Assembly (NCBI RefSeq): GCF_038025025.1
Contig: NW_027117352.1
Span: forward strand, 372,001 to 436,000
Length of the DNA stretch: 64,000 nt
Direction of reading: 5' to 3'
DNA from: Phyllosticta citribraziliensis
Taxonomy: Eukaryota
Shown here: one piece after another, positions 1 through 13,406 of the stretch
How positions within the stretch are numbered: position 1 is the stretch's first letter
Layout of the letters: every line of letters starts with the position of its first letter
Notes under the pieces: generated by a model
Database searches by the model: none
Told to the model about the DNA's origin: nothing
Seen by the model: only the letters and a program-made list of their open reading frames with translations
Position numbers and translations under genes: made by a program

Positions 1-348
1 TCTCTAACCAACAACTTAAAAAGGCGCTTTCCAGACGTATATAGAAAAAATGGGTTCGTTGTTCTCCCATGCTCGCAGGAGCTGCGGCAGAGAGGTCGAG
101 ATCAATATTTCGCGTGCGCGGCGGCTGAAGAATATTTTGGAGATTCGCTGGGGTGTGGAGGAAGTCAATGCTGGAGACACCACTAGCCATCCGGAACGAT
201 TTTATGAAGATGATTCTATCTCTCTATGCCCCTTTCACATGTAGTTCGCCGCGTCTATGTCGTCTACACCGGCCACATCCCCATCCCATCTGTTCTGTCT
301 CCGTCTCCAACTCTACCACACCACACAACCACCTCCTTACTCACTTAC

Positions 349-2061
349 TTACTTCCCCTGCCACGTGATGCCCAACTCGACACTGCCGCCATCCGTCCAC
401 ACAGTAACCTTCGTCGTGCCCTTGGGCACCTGGTTCGCATAGAACGTCGTGATGCCGTCGAAAGCCAGCTTGCCGTCGACGGCGGTGAAGATGGTCGGGT
501 CGTTGATGCCCGAGCCGCACATGAGTTCGCTGTCCATGGTGACGGCGCAGTCGCCGCGGCTGCTGCGCAGCGTGAAGCCGCCGTCGGTGCCGGCGGATGT
601 GGCCGTGAAGGTGGCGCAGGTGCCGCTGGCGTACCATGTGCCGCCGCTGACTGGAGGGGGCGGGGTGGTTAGTAGATGGGTGGTTGATGGATGTTGTGGT
701 TGTGGGGGTGGGGAGGAGCTGTGGAGGTGCAGCATGCAAGCAAGCAAGCAGGTCAGCACTCACTGATGCAACCATCAACGCCGCCCTCGTACTCCACATT
801 CAAAAAGCCCTTGCCGCTAAAACTGCCCGTGCTGGTCGGCAGCGCCGTCGTCGTCGTCGCCGTCCGCGTATACCTCCCCGTCGTCGTGGGCGAGGCGCCG
901 CCGCGCTTGGGCACGTAGCGGACGGAGCTGGGGCAGTTGGAGGAGGCGGACACGTCGATGGGCACGAACTGCCCGGCCTGCAGCGACCCGCGCACTTCGA
1001 AGCCGTAGTATACCTGGTAGAAGGTTTTGCGGCCGCTGCCTTCGCAGAGGAGCGCCACGCCCGAGCCGTGCTGCGCTTTGAGGGCTGCTTGGATCGCGGA
1101 TGTGCTGTAGGTTGCGCTGGTCGAGGGCGTGATGCCGGCTGCCGCGAGCCACTGCGATGTGTTAGAGATGGTAGGATGAGCGTGTGGCCAGCCCATCGGC
1201 TTGACACAGATTGAGGAAGGCGACTGACCTCGTATGTCGGCCGCTCCTTGAATAGAGAGACGCTCCTGTTAAAGAAGTCGCGGACTTCTTGCGTGCTGCT
1301 TTGCATGAGCTCGCTTTCCCACACCAACAGGCTCGGGGAATACCTTTGGTAGTCGTCATAGCAGGTAGGCTTCAGCGTAGACACGCAAGTCCCATGTTTT
1401 GCTATTCCCTAGATCAGTCCCCAATTTGTCCAGGTGTTTGGCTGTTGCTTACACCACTCGTGCTCCCAAAAGCTCTCGTCCGACTCGGAGTTGCTCTTCC
1501 AATACGTCGACATGTACGACACGAGCTCGGACTCGCCGAAATGGTTCAAGATGGCGGTAATGTTCCTGTACGCACGCGTGTGGTCGCAGTTGGAATCGTA
1601 CGAATGTCCATCGCAGTGGTCCGGCCTATATGGAAGCAGCTGTCAGCCACCAAACCGACACCCATTCCGCGACTCTACAGCTACAGCCGACTTACCAGAG
1701 GCCATGGATGGTCCAGCTTCAGCTAGTTCAGTCTTCAGCAAGCAAAGAGGGTCCGGCAGGGCACCTACGAATCACTCCAGGCACGTTAGCACTCGACCAG
1801 CCACAAGCTTCGGGCGTGGGCCACGTACGACGGACCGACGACCGGATTCGTGTCCCAAAACGACGTGAGCAGGAACTGGCCGCCCGGGTAGTTGAAGCAG
1901 CAGAGGTTCTCCACCACGCTGCTGTTGTGGCAGCTCAGCTGCGGACTCGTGCACGCCTGAGCGGTGCCGGCGTGGACGGGCGCCGGGTTCCCCAGCAACA
2001 CCTGCGCGCCGCCGAGGGCGAGCTTGGAGAGAGAGCGGAGAGACGGGATCGAGGAAGCCAT
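349..2061 (-). CDS. Secreted ribonuclease T2 (Rny1/RNase Trv-like) with fungal C-terminal extension; multi-exon
   Basis: Spliced reading gives both RNase T2 active-site motifs: SWTIHGLW/PD (~1620-1722) and FWEHEWSKHGTC (~1385-1470). N-terminal CCFNYPGGQFLLTSFWDT is present. Start taken at MASSIPS (2061); an upstream in-frame ATG at 2139 is possible. Confidence 0.93.
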
Positions 2062-3012
2062 GTCGTCAAAGGCGGCCGAGACTCTGGGGACGGCGTCTTT
2101 GGCCGCGGCCGTGACGGCGTTATGTACCTGGTCAAGCATGGTGCTGCTAAGCTCGTTTGATAGGGTCGTCGCGGGCGTTGTTCATCGAGTGACACGAGGT
2201 GGAGTCGCGTAGCAGTAGCGAGAGAGGACGCGAGAGATAGGGAGACGGGGTGGATGGAATAGGTAGGTCGAAAGCGGTCTGGTGCTGGCGCTGGGCATGG
2301 CTAGGGATGGATGGCGCTCGTGACGTCCGAGGCCGAACGGTTGCCAGCAGCCAATAGGGAAAGATGTGCGAGCAAGAGATGGGCACGCGGCGTGTATCCA
2401 CGAGATGAAAGGCCTGATGAGCTTGGGCTGCTGCAGTGCGGTTGAAGCGGTGTCGATGGAGCTGATGCAGGTGTCCGGGACCTGCAGCTCTGGAGCTGTG
2501 ATTGGCCAGAGCTATCACATTACTTGTGTACTCTACGCCCCCTTGTCTTTGCCTTCAAAGCATCTGTGTAACTTGTATTGATATTTCGATAGCAATCAAT
2601 GTTGGAACCCTTCAAAGAATGCATCCATCTCCTGTGCGTTCCTGGCGATGCTGTCCAACAACACGTTGCCCTAGCAGCGGACGACACTGACATCTGATCA
2701 AGAGAAACCCAGATTCGAGCATTGCTTTGCCATTGACTTCTTTTATTTTTCACTTTCAACTCGCTCACTACCCATTCGACTCTCCAAGCACGTACAAGTC
2801 GATTATTTCACCCACCTCCCATGCGTGCCTGCATAAGCATCCGTACGTCCGTCCATCTCCAACAAGCGCATTTTTACGTGTCGCAAAACACCTCTCTATA
2901 TGCGTGTTCCGATGTCCTCTTGCTAGCTCCCAAGACCACCAGTGGTACTACCCATACCGGATTTCTTGCTTCTGTCATGCATATACGTTGGTCGCCGCAA
3001 TGTTCGGTAGCT

Positions 3013-5004
3013 TTACCGCCTGGGCATACCCCTGCCGCGACCCCTGAGAGCGCGCTGTGCAGCGCCAGGAGGCAGACCGCGACCGGGTGCTTGCGGCTGG
3101 GCCGACTCCTGGTTCTCTGTAGCCGGGAATTAGCAGTCGATCTAGTGGAGGCAAGGAAGAGAGGCAGGATGAAAAAATGAGGACAGGGCTGGGAAACTTA
3201 CTTATCGTCTCATCCACGCTCAAAATCATGCACGCAGCCTCAATGGCGGCCTGGATGGCGTTGGACTTGACCAGGCTAGGCTCCCAGACAAAAGCGTCAA
3301 GGTTGTTTGCAATGCCCTCGTTCGTAAAGTCGACGCCGGCCCACTTGTTGCCCTTGCGGTGCTCGACGCGCAGGCGGTTGAGAATGTCGGTGGCATCGAA
3401 GCCCGCGTTGTCGCAAAGCTGGCGCGGAATCACCTCGAGCGCCTTGGCAAACGCTTTGATGATGCTCTGCTGCTTGTGCGGCACGTTCTTGTCCGCGAAG
3501 CTGTGCAGGTACGCCGACACCTCCATCTCGCACGCGCCGCCACCTGCCACGATGCTGTGGTTCTTGATGGCCCGCTTGACAATCATGATGGCGTCGTGCA
3601 GAGAGCGCTCTGCTTCGGCAATGAATTGCTCGGCACCGCCACGCAGCACGAGAGTGCAAGTCTTGGAGCCGGGGCAGCCTTCGAAGAAGTTGAAGCGCTC
3701 TCCTCCAATTTGTCGCTCGTCAAACGTGGCGCACGTTCCGAGGTGCTCGTCGCGAATGTCGCTGCAGGTCGATTGGATCGAGGCGCCCGTGGCCTTGCAG
3801 ACGCGCTCCATGTCGTCCGAGGCGACGCGGCCAGCGCAGAAGATGTCGCGGTCGGCGAAGTACCTAAGTCGTTAGAGGTGTCTACCAATTTGAGTGAAAA
3901 ACTCACTGTGTTGCCAAATCACCAATGGGAAGCTTGCTCAGCACGACCTTGGCGCCCGTCTTGTACAGCGCCTCCATCTTGTTGAAGATGATCTGCCATT
4001 CGGCGTCGACGATGGCCTGGTACTCGGAAACCTCTTCGACACGGACCTCGGCGTTGTCCTTTTCGGCCTTGAGTTCCAGCTCGACGTTCAAGCAGACGAT
4101 CTTGGGGTCGGCAAACGACTTTGGTTGCTGCTCGAAACCGGCGTACGAAAAGGTCTTCTTGAATGCCACGCCGTTGACGAAGAGCGAGTCTTGCAGCGCA
4201 CCGCCGGTAATCTTCTTCATGCCAATCAGTCTCTCGTTGAGGTCGTCCTGGTCGAGGGACAAGACGGCGTCGACGACCACTGCCACGAGTAATTAGCCAA
4301 TGCCCGCCCATCAATCTGCTCCCTGCCACTCACTCTTGGTGAAGAACTCGGCGTTCCTGTGTATCAACTTGCTGCTCATGGCCGTCGCGGCCAGCTTTTG
4401 CAGCGTCTCCCTTTGGTTGCTCTCTCCAACGTCGACCGAAATCTCCTTGACCTTGTTGACAGCCATGGCGCATGCCCGCCTGAGGCCCTTGATGATGGTC
4501 TGGCTGCTGACGCCCTGCTCGACGAATTCCTTGACCTCCTTGAGCACTTCGCCGGCCAAAACCACCACAGACGTCGTGCCGTCGCCGACCTCGGCGTCTT
4601 GCGAGCGAGCAATGTCGGTCAAGATGCGCGCGGCGGGGTGGACAATGTCCAGGAGCTGTGCGCCGTCAGTCAAACGTCTCCCGTGACTGTGGAGCCGTTC
4701 CAGCGAGTGCTAACACACCTTCATCACTGTTGCGCCATCGTTGGTGATTGTCTGCCTGCCATTCTCATCCACCAGCAGCAGGTCGCCTCCGTATGGTCCC
4801 AAGGTGCTCTTGATGGTCGATTGCACGGCCAAGCAGGCGCTGATGTTGGATAATATTTGACCCTTGCCTTGCGACTGATCCGTCCCTGTGTTCCATCAAA
4901 AATGGCCGTCAGCTGTTTGTTTCCCCGTGTCCCGAAATCTGCGTTGGCGGCGACGTACCCTCCCTAAGCACGACGATCGTGGGTGTTTGGCCTCCAAAAG
5001 ACAT
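3013..5004 (-). CDS. CCT7: T-complex protein 1 subunit eta (CCT/TRiC chaperonin); multi-exon
   Basis: Start [16 protein letters not shown]; motifs [47 protein letters not shown]; last exon ends [10 protein letters not shown] (TAA 3013-3015). Confidence 0.96.
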
Positions 5005-5564
5005 GGTTGCTCCGGGAGCTTTTGGCGAGGTATTGCGCGTGTAGAGGAGCCCGGACTGGAAGAGGGAAGAGGTTCTTGAGGGGTTGAGGCGGTGGAGCGG
5101 AGCTTCGAGGGGTAACTTGTGGGCGACGCTGAGCTTCGACGCGTTCTGTCGGCCAACGGCGCCCGCGATTTTCTGGGCCGAGTGCAAACGCTGCAAACTG
5201 CCCTTCTTGGCGTCGTCATTTCACCCTACCTCCTTGCACCAGACACAAACAACAACCACCCAAGCAGTCAGAGCACTGTTCATATCTTGATTTTGTCTAT
5301 TCCTCGGACGCGCCGGATTGGCCTTTTGCCCAAAACTCCCCCGCTATCGTACAATAACAGCTTTTGGTATCCTCCGCGCAAATTGAACTCGCTAGCTCAA
5401 CGCAACCCTCCACGGCTGGCAACCGTATCTACACTCAAAGACCGTGAGAGGTGAGAAGTCTGAACAAGGGAACAAATAGTCTCGTGCCGGGCTGGCCCGC
5501 CCGCGTCTGGCCCTCGAAAACGCCGCTCAACTCCTGTAACAAACAATGACGCTGCAAGTAATGC

Positions 5565-7015
5565 TCAGTGCCTCCTCTCGCCTCGTCGCTCGTTCACATC
5601 TCCTGCCATCTTTTTACCGACTTCGTAGGTGGAAATCATAATCGCGCAAGCGGGGGCCACTTTGAGACAGCGAGCTGCCCATCCTCGGAAGAGACCTGGG
5701 AATCCTTGTTCCTTGAATATGTGCCATAGGAATCGAGGCATGGACTGTTCCTCCGGCTTGAAAACTTCGGCGACAGCAGCTCCCTGGGCAGATGTCTTTG
5801 GACCCCCAGCATGACGGACCACTTGCTGCCTTGTCTTACCGACGTCAAATGGCGTCGTGACAAACGCAGCGACGGCCCCTGAGGACGCACCGGCGACGAA
5901 GCTGTCCACCAATGTTGCTGTGTGGTCTTCCTCGCCCCGGCTTTTGCTCCTGCTCCGGCCCCTACTCCTCAATGCTCCTGGCCCGAGTCTGTCGATTTCC
6001 CGACCACGTTTCCGTTCACGCTCGTCCGTAAGGATATTGCGTCCAGTCTCATAGCCCCACCAGTATATGGCAGAGAATGGAACATCGCGCCAAAGCGTCA
6101 GACCAAGGCCGCGCCATAAGCTGGTCCAACCAGATTCTCGAACAAGATCGCGGACGCCGTGAAGGGTATCTCTGAAGTGACTGCCTGTCGAATTTGCGTG
6201 ATTTGTGTGTGCGGCTTGCATGCGGGTGCGGAACATTTCAATCGGAGACACTGCTATGGCAGCGACGATGCGCGCAGTACTACCGGCGACGAGAGGAGAG
6301 TACGAGTCGGAAAAGTTGCGCTTGATTGGGGATTGGTTGGAGGTCCGCAACCAGTCGTAGCCCGCAAAGTAGATGACATTGGCGGGGATTGTCATGACCA
6401 GCGTGGGAGACAGTCCTCTCCAGAGCGTGCGTGGGCCTTCATTGCGTGCTATCTTGCGCAAGCCGTCGAATGTCGAGTTGAATGTCTTGCGCTGCGTCTC
6501 CTCTACAGCGCAGGACTTTGCGCTGGTGGGCACAGTGGTCGGAACCGTGGTTGGACCCGCTACACAGTAGGAAGCATTATTTGTGACCCAAAAGACTTCG
6601 CGACAGCAGGCCGTCACACCCAGGTTCGGGGGTATGTTGGAAAAGTGAGGTTGCGCGGGATTAAGGGAAGAAAGTACGGGGACAGGGCGAGGGCGTGCAC
6701 TTTTCGAGGCAGCAGGAGGATGGCTTTGAGCTTGGAGGCGAACGCGAACAACATCGAGGGGCGTCACTGGGCTCCGGGGTTAGCTACGAGCTCTGGACAA
6801 AGATGATAACAGAGGGGCGAAATACCTAAAAGAGAGGTCAAGACGCTGCCGGTGACGGCCGACAGCATCTTTTGCGTGAGGGAAATGTCGTCTGGGGCTT
6901 CATTCTCCTCGGCAGGCATGGTTGATGGGTGTGTAGCATCAGGACGGGGAGGTATTCTGTCGTGAGGTTGACCTGTGGTGGCGCTGGCCGCAGCGCGTGC
7001 GGTATCGGCGGCCAT
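5565..7015 (-). CDS. MTM1: Mitochondrial carrier, MTM1/SLC25A39-40 type
   Basis: Three carrier signatures (TPLDVVRVRLQ, SPIEMFRTRMQ, TPFDVGKTRQQ), the ACCREVFW insertion and APACAIMISTYE. One intron at ~6767-6825. Start could be 7015 or 6919. Confidence 0.88.
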
Positions 7016-7604
7016 TGAGAGGGAGGGTCCAGTGGAGACCGATACAAAGCGCGATCGTGGGGCTACCGGGAGACTGTGCGCATGCTGAGGGGAGGAAACC
7101 GGAGGCGTCGATAGTTGGACGCAGAAGGAGAGAGAGACGAGGGACACGAAGGGCGCTGGGAGGAGCAGAGGTGAGTTGGTCGGCTACTTTTCTATGACGC
7201 GCCCAGATGCGGCATTACAGCCGAGTCCTGTCCTGGTTCCTTCACCTCAACCACGACTCCATCGCCCGTGAGACTAGAGATACGGCGCCCTCGCCTCGCC
7301 GCGCCACACACAATTGGTTCTGTGCAGATCGGCCGCCAGACGTCAATTCGCACCCGGTCTGCTCCTGCAAACCCTCAGGTCCGCGTCCTGCGCCGAGAGA
7401 CGCCGGCCACGACTTTCCCCCCAGATAACGTGCCGGCGATAGCAGTCATTAACCCCATTTGCCTTTGCGTAGTCGTCGACCATCTCAAGCACCTTCATCC
7501 TTGCAACGCTTACTCAAAACCTCCACCCTCGCCTTCCTGTACGCATAAGCCTAACTTCGACCGTCGTTGGAGAACTGCCCTCGTGAACACTGTAGCTCGC
7601 TCCC

Positions 7605-9357
7605 ATGGCCGACCCAATCAACCCCGCCACGGCCACGGAAGCTGAACTTGAGTCATTCCGGCGGAAATGGCGAGAGGAAGTCCAAGCACGCACAAAGCAA
7701 AAGGCTGGTCCATCGCAGACGACTGGCGCCCCTGCGCAAGCTTCGTCCAGCAAAGCGCAATCATCACGTCGGAACAAGGCACCGGCCACTGCAGCCCACC
7801 AGGAACGCCGCGAGGGGATCGACGAGGCGGAGCCTCACGCATACCATGACCTCGGGGAGAAGGAATCGGGACGGAAATTGAACGAGCCAGCACCGCCGCA
7901 GGCCAAAGTCCCGGAATCTGCATTGGAGCACTATGAGGAGGCGGTCAAGAGGGAGGCGCAGGGAAAATTGGGAGACAGCTTGAACTTGTACAGAAGGGCA
8001 TTCAAGGTAGACTTCCGACTCAATCATCATACACAACTGGCTAATTTTGTTGTAGCTGGATGACGCTGTGCAAGAAATATACAGGAAGAAGCATTTTCCT
8101 GCGGCCGCATTTCCTAAACCAAGCAATCCCAACCCCTCGAATGCCTCCGTCACGGTTCCAAACACTGCCCACCACTCACTAGCCGGCGTCCCTTCGTCTC
8201 TGACGGACCTCATATCATCTTTCTCCGCGCTATCTATCCCTGGTGTGGAGCCGCCTACGGACCTGTCGCCGCCACCACCATGTCCTATTGCGGATCTTCC
8301 AGAGGAGCTTTTGGCACAGATCCTCCTCCACGTTGCGATGGACGATGTCGCAGAGCTGGGGAGACTGTCCCAAGTATGCAAACGCCTGGCGTACCTCGTC
8401 ATGACTGAAGACAGCATCTGGCGGCGACTTTCACTGAGCAAAGAGTTTGGTTTTACGGGCATGCACTACCGCTGGGCACGCAAGCTCGACGGCTCTCCCG
8501 TAGGAGACGACGGCGAAGGCGGGCGCCTCCTCTCCAGCTTCAAAGGTCTCCCAGAGCAAGAAGAGGAGGAAGCCAGAGAAACGGCAAAGTTCGTCGAAAC
8601 GGCTCTGCACACCCTTCCCATGGTCCCAACCCCCTATCCCAACTTCCGCGCCCTCTTCCGCTCGCGGCCACGCGTGCGCTTCAGCGGCTGCTACATCTCC
8701 TGCGTCAACTATACGCGGCCAGGTGCCAACCAGTCCAACTCGCTCAGCTGGAGCTCGCCCGTCCTCATCGTGACGTACTACCGCTACCTGCGCCTCTTCC
8801 GCGACGGCACCTGCATCGCGCTGCTCACGACGGCCGAGCCGCACGACGTCGTCCCGCACTTGACCAAGGACTACCTGCACGGCCGCAACGGCGCGCACGC
8901 GCACTCGGCGCTGCCGCAGGTCGTCATGAAAGACGCGCTGCCGGGCCGCTGGCGGCTGTCCGGGCCCGAACACGGCGTCGACGCCATCGACCCGCTGCTC
9001 TCGTCCTCCTCCGACCCTGCCTCCCCCAACAAATCACCCAACACCTCCACCACCTCCGCACATCCTGACGCACCCCAGCAACAACAGCAGCCACTATTCG
9101 CCTCCCCGGCCGCCGACTCGTCCGTCAGCGCGCCCGAGCCCGAAGGCACGCTGCACGTCGAGACGGCGGGCGTGCGGCCGCGCTACATCTACCGCATGGC
9201 GCTGGCGCTGGGCAGCGCGGGCAAGACGGCGCCGCGCAACAACAAGCTGAGCTGGCTGGGCTACTGGAGCTACAACCGCCTGACGGACGATTGGGCCGAG
9301 TTTGGGCTCAAGAACGACAAGCCGTTTTACTGGAGTAGGGTTAAGAGTTGGTCGTGA
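7605..9357 (+). CDS. HRT3: F-box protein, Hrt3/Pof7/FBXO9 family
   Basis: N-terminal ELESFRRKWREEV, TPR-like ALEHYEEAV..E..GKLGDSLNLYRRAF, F-box PIADLPEELLAQIL, and RPRVRFSGCYIS...YYRYLRLFRDG. Intron 8007-8055. Confidence 0.87.
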
Positions 9358-10383
9358 GGGGATGGTGGGTGGAGAGGGGAAGGGAGTGTGGTGTAGTTGT
9401 GGTTAGTTGGGGAGGAGTCGTGAGGTGTGAGGTGAGGTGGTGATGACGGTGGTCTGCGTTGGCGCTGTCTGGCGTGGAGTTGGGTGATTGCAAATTTGGG
9501 CTGGTCTTTTCAGCGGGTTAGGTGTCAGAAATGCGACGGTCTTTTTTTCCTTCGTTCTGATAGACATACATGTATGTAGACACTCACTTACTCACACAGA
9601 GTAGTCCCCTATGTGTACTGTACAAACCACCAAATGAACAACCTACAATGCAACTTATAGACCCAACCTCAAACCTCCCCTCCTTCCGCACGCTTTCCAG
9701 AAACCATCTGAAACAAGCCCACCTATCCACAACTCAAACACTCCAGCACACCGCCTTCCTTGTCAGCCGCCGACGCTCAATCAGCCAACGCCGCGTTTCC
9801 CCTGCCAAAAGGGACGGGTCAGGCAGGCCAGACGGGTCCCTGCATCCAACGCTTATATCACGGGCCGTTTAATAGCCCTAGCCCTGAGTGTCTTCTCTGC
9901 CGAAACTTGCTCATGCTGCCTGCTGTACCCGTGGGTACGTACGTAGCGCATCAATCGGCCAAGGCGCTGCTCTGCGAAACTGAACCGAGTACAGCTGTCA
10001 AGTGTGCCCTCAAAGCGCACCTAGCCCCACCGCACCTCATCAGTCCCATCCCAAGTGACGACCCCCTGCCGCTCGACCCATTCCCTTCCTTGCCTATACC
10101 GCGCTTTTCCCGCCGCCGCCGCCGCCGCCGCCGCCGCGCCGCGCCAGGTAAGCAAAGCGGCTCTGTGCGAGTGTCTTTTAGCCATACTTCGACTACGGCA
10201 GCGCCATCCAGCCTAGCCCACGAAAAAAGACAACCAGGCAACGCGCCGGTGTTGTAGTTATACAACGAGCGATTCTGGCTGCCGTCGACGGCCAACTTTG
10301 AACGTAGAGGGGCGAGGCGCTTTGCTGCTTTGGGTGTGGTTTGAGCGGGAGGATGGGTATGGGGATGGGGAAGTTGTGGGGGT

Positions 10384-10417
10384 TTGGTTGGTTGGTTGGT
10401 TGGTTGGTTGGTTGGTT
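10384..10417. repeat. (GGTT)n microsatellite; a (CCG)n tract lies nearby at ~10110-10137
   Basis: Directly visible tandem repeat. Confidence 0.9.
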
Positions 10418-10634
10418 GATCCAGTTTATTTGCTGATGGTGGTGGGTGATGGCTGAATCGAGGGGCCTTTGTTGACAAAGTCGCGGGATTTGATGCGGAT
10501 TCTTCTTCGGCCGTTGCGCAGGAGAGTGTACAATACAGTACGCCTTGGACCGGTTTGGCGTGAGGATGCACACATCTCCCGACGCCCAAGGCCGATGTAG
10601 GTGGGTGATGCAGACCGCCAAGGGCCCTCACAAC

Positions 10635-11530
10635 TCAATCCACGTCCTTGGTCCCCGCCGCGAGCGCCTCTCGACACTCCTTCCTTAACTCATCGACGCC
10701 CTTGACACCCTCCCACTTCCGCAACAGCGCCTCGACTTCTTCAAACTCCTGCGCCGCAGCGGGCTTGTCGCCGCGTGCGACTTTGGAGCGCAGCCGGCGC
10801 GGCGTGTCCAGAACCCAGCGCACCGTCTGCCGCTGGCGCTCCTTGTCGTCGACGATGCCGGGCGGCGACGGTGACTTGATGCGATGGGGTGGGACGGCGT
10901 GCTCGATGATGGAGACGGACAGCGCCGTCGCCGTCTCGGCGATGTGCGCGATGGCTGGTCCCAGGGTTGACGTGTGCGGCGTGAGGGGGTCCATGTTGGT
11001 GCGCATCTGGCAGACACGCGTTAGCCTTCATACCATGTGCAGTGGCAAGCAATGCATACCTTTTTAATCGTCTCCGTCGCCGCAATCAGCTTCGAGTAGT
11101 TGTCGTACACCAGCGCCTTGCGCTCGCCATCCAGCCCCTTGACCTGCGCCACCAGCCCGGCCTCAACCTTCAACACGCCCTCCAGCCCCTCCTTGCCCAG
11201 CACCTCCTTGACGTACGCTTCGGCGTCGAAGCCGGGCCTGTCGAGCTCGCTCGCCTCGACCTCTTCTTTGACCGCCTCGAACCCGCCGCCGCGGCCGAGC
11301 CCGGGCGTCGGAGGAGCTGCAGCAAACGTCGACGACGGGTCGGACGTCGGCGTCAGCGGCGACTTGAGGTTGTAGTAGTCGCGCAGCGCGGTGCGGTCGC
11401 GGGCCCGCGGCGGGCGCGTTTTCGAGGTGCTGCGGAGCGAGTTGGAGCGCGAGGGCACTTCGAGCGAGGTGCGGGTGCTGGACGGGGAGCGAATGGAGGA
11501 GGATTGGCGCGGCGAAGCTATCGTCGACAT
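10635..11530 (-). CDS. VPS51: GARP/EARP complex subunit Vps51
   Basis: RTALRDYYNL, SELDRPGFDAEAYV and LDGERKALVYDNYSKLIAATETIKK/MRTNMDPL match the Vps51 domain. Intron ~11007-11058. Confidence 0.9.
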
Positions 11531-11873
11531 TATAGGTGCTGGTGGCTGTTGCTGCTGTGGAGAGCGCGGTAGAGGCGAAGGCGGAGGGTTGGAAGCTGTT
11601 GAGCTTGGAAGGCGGCTGGCATCGAGGTTCAAGGAAGCTCGGTCGGTTGGAGGGATGACGTGCAGGGGTAGCGGCGTGGTAGGGCTGGCGTGCATGACTC
11701 GCAGACACCTAAAAACGACGTCAAAGAAGTGACCAAACACCACATTTACGCGTTGCTCGACCACCACGACTCTAGAACCGAGCCGTTGACGCGTCAAAAG
11801 ATCCGCCAACGATGCCAGACACCCTTCTACCGATTTGACACGCACCGGACCGCGCGACGCCCACTCATCCACC

Positions 11874-12632
11874 ATGTCGCAGCACATCAACCTCAACCAA
11901 GAAATTACAACGCACCTCGCATCCAAAGGGCTCCACCCGACACCGCAATGGCTATCCGCCTTCCTGTCGACCGTACGCCCGACCACCGCGCCCGCCGCCA
12001 TCAAGCAGACCGCGCTGTTCCGGCTGCTGGCATCCGACATCACGTCGTCGCTTGCGCGCAGCAGCAGCTCGACGTTCCCGCCCAACATCCTCGACGGCAC
12101 CGCCAAGCAGCGCATCCTGCCCGGCCCGCTCGTCGTGCAAGTGCTAGACGTCGAAGACGTGGGCCGTAGCCGCTGGAGCCAGGTCGAGGAGCTGGAGGCG
12201 CAGGCGCGCGGCGAGACGACCAAAGGCCGCGAAATCATCCGCGTCGTCGACGTCGAAGGCGGCGGCCAGGAAGGCTCGGCGCAGACGCAGACGCAGACGC
12301 AGCAGGGTGGCGCTCACGCTGCCGGTGGTGGTGGCAACGCTGTGGCTGCTACCGCGAACCGCGGGCCGCACAAGCTGCTCGTCACCGACGCGGCGGGCAC
12401 GCGGGCGTACGGCTTCGAGCTCTTCGCCATCAACGGAGTAGGAACGCACATGGGCATCGGCGCGAAGCTGGTCTTGCGGAACGTCGTCGTGGCGCGCGGC
12501 ATGCTGCTGCTCGAGCCAAAGACGACGACGACGCTGGGCGGCAAGGTGGACGCGCTGCACAAGGCGTGGCATGAAGGGCGGATGGAGCGGCTCAAGGAGG
12601 CGGCGAAGATGGACGAGGCAGCGCGGAATTGA
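11874..12632 (+). CDS. RMI1: RecQ-mediated genome instability protein Rmi1 (N-terminal OB fold)
   Basis: LLASDI, LPGPLVVQVLDVEDVG, HKLLVTDAAG..AYGFE and GAKLVL..RGMLLL..LGGKV match RMI1_N. Intronless. Confidence 0.88.
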   Translation: MSQHINLNQEITTHLASKGLHPTPQWLSAFLSTVRPTTAPAAIKQTALFRLLASDITSSLARSSSSTFPPNILDGTAKQRILPGPLVVQVLDVEDVGRSRWSQVEELEAQARGETTKGREIIRVVDVEGGGQEGSAQTQTQTQQGGAHAAGGGGNAVAATANRGPHKLLVTDAAGTRAYGFELFAINGVGTHMGIGAKLVLRNVVVARGMLLLEPKTTTTLGGKVDALHKAWHEGRMERLKEAAKMDEAARN

Positions 12633-13406
12633 GAGCGGGATGGTTGTGGCGAGAAAGGATAGCAATAGGGCGCGAAGTGTTTGGCGAACTCAGCACGGTG
12701 ATGGCGAAGTAAAAGAATCGATCCGTAGCCCAGCACCCACCACCCACGAGTCTCCCCATTAAGCAAAAAGAATGCGCAGCTCTACCATCGCGGTACGCAG
12801 TCCATCAAGACATCCAAAAGAACGAGAGCAGCAGCGGTAGCAGCGGTAGTAGGCGCAGGCCAACAAAAGAGCAAAACTTCACCCGCGGCGTCCCGCGGGT
12901 TATCAAACCCTCTCCTCTCCCCCCCGGACAGGGGAGAGGCGGGTTTATTGTCGAGGTTTTTGGCGAGGTTTGGCGAGGTCCGTCGGATTTGTCGATGTGT
13001 GCCGGGCTCCAGGATCGAACACCTGCCGGGGGCAGGTGTTAGCTGCGGCGAGTTGCAGCTGAGGTTTGCCCCCCATCCCATCACGCCAATGGACCGAGTC
13101 CACAGGCGCGGCTGATGGGGGGCGATGAGGGAGTGGCGCGTTTTGCGCATTATATGGTACGTGTTGTTCGAACGAGGTGAGGAATGAATGGTCTATGAGA
13201 ATTCTAGCTGCGTACATTGCGTCCTTGGAGTTTGAAGCTCGTCCCGTTGATACTACACTCTACCGTCCATACAGTGATATAGGAAAGCAGATAGCTCAAA
13301 AGACACCGCCGCGCCACACGCCCATAACGCCAACCCAACCCAACCCAACCCGCTCCAACCCGCTCCAACCCGCTCAATCCCATCCCTCAACCACCGACCA
13401 CCATCA

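Noticed and set aside
9871..9886. TAGCCCTAGCCCT, resembling a telomerase RNA template
   Set aside because: Does not match the TAACCCTAA template expected for TTAGGG telomeres; no pseudoknot or CR4/5 element recognised.
11531..12238. N-terminal 236 aa of the 405-aa ORF 11021-12238
   Set aside because: Antisense to RMI1 and the shared promoter; Vps51-like sequence begins only at the ATG at 11530.
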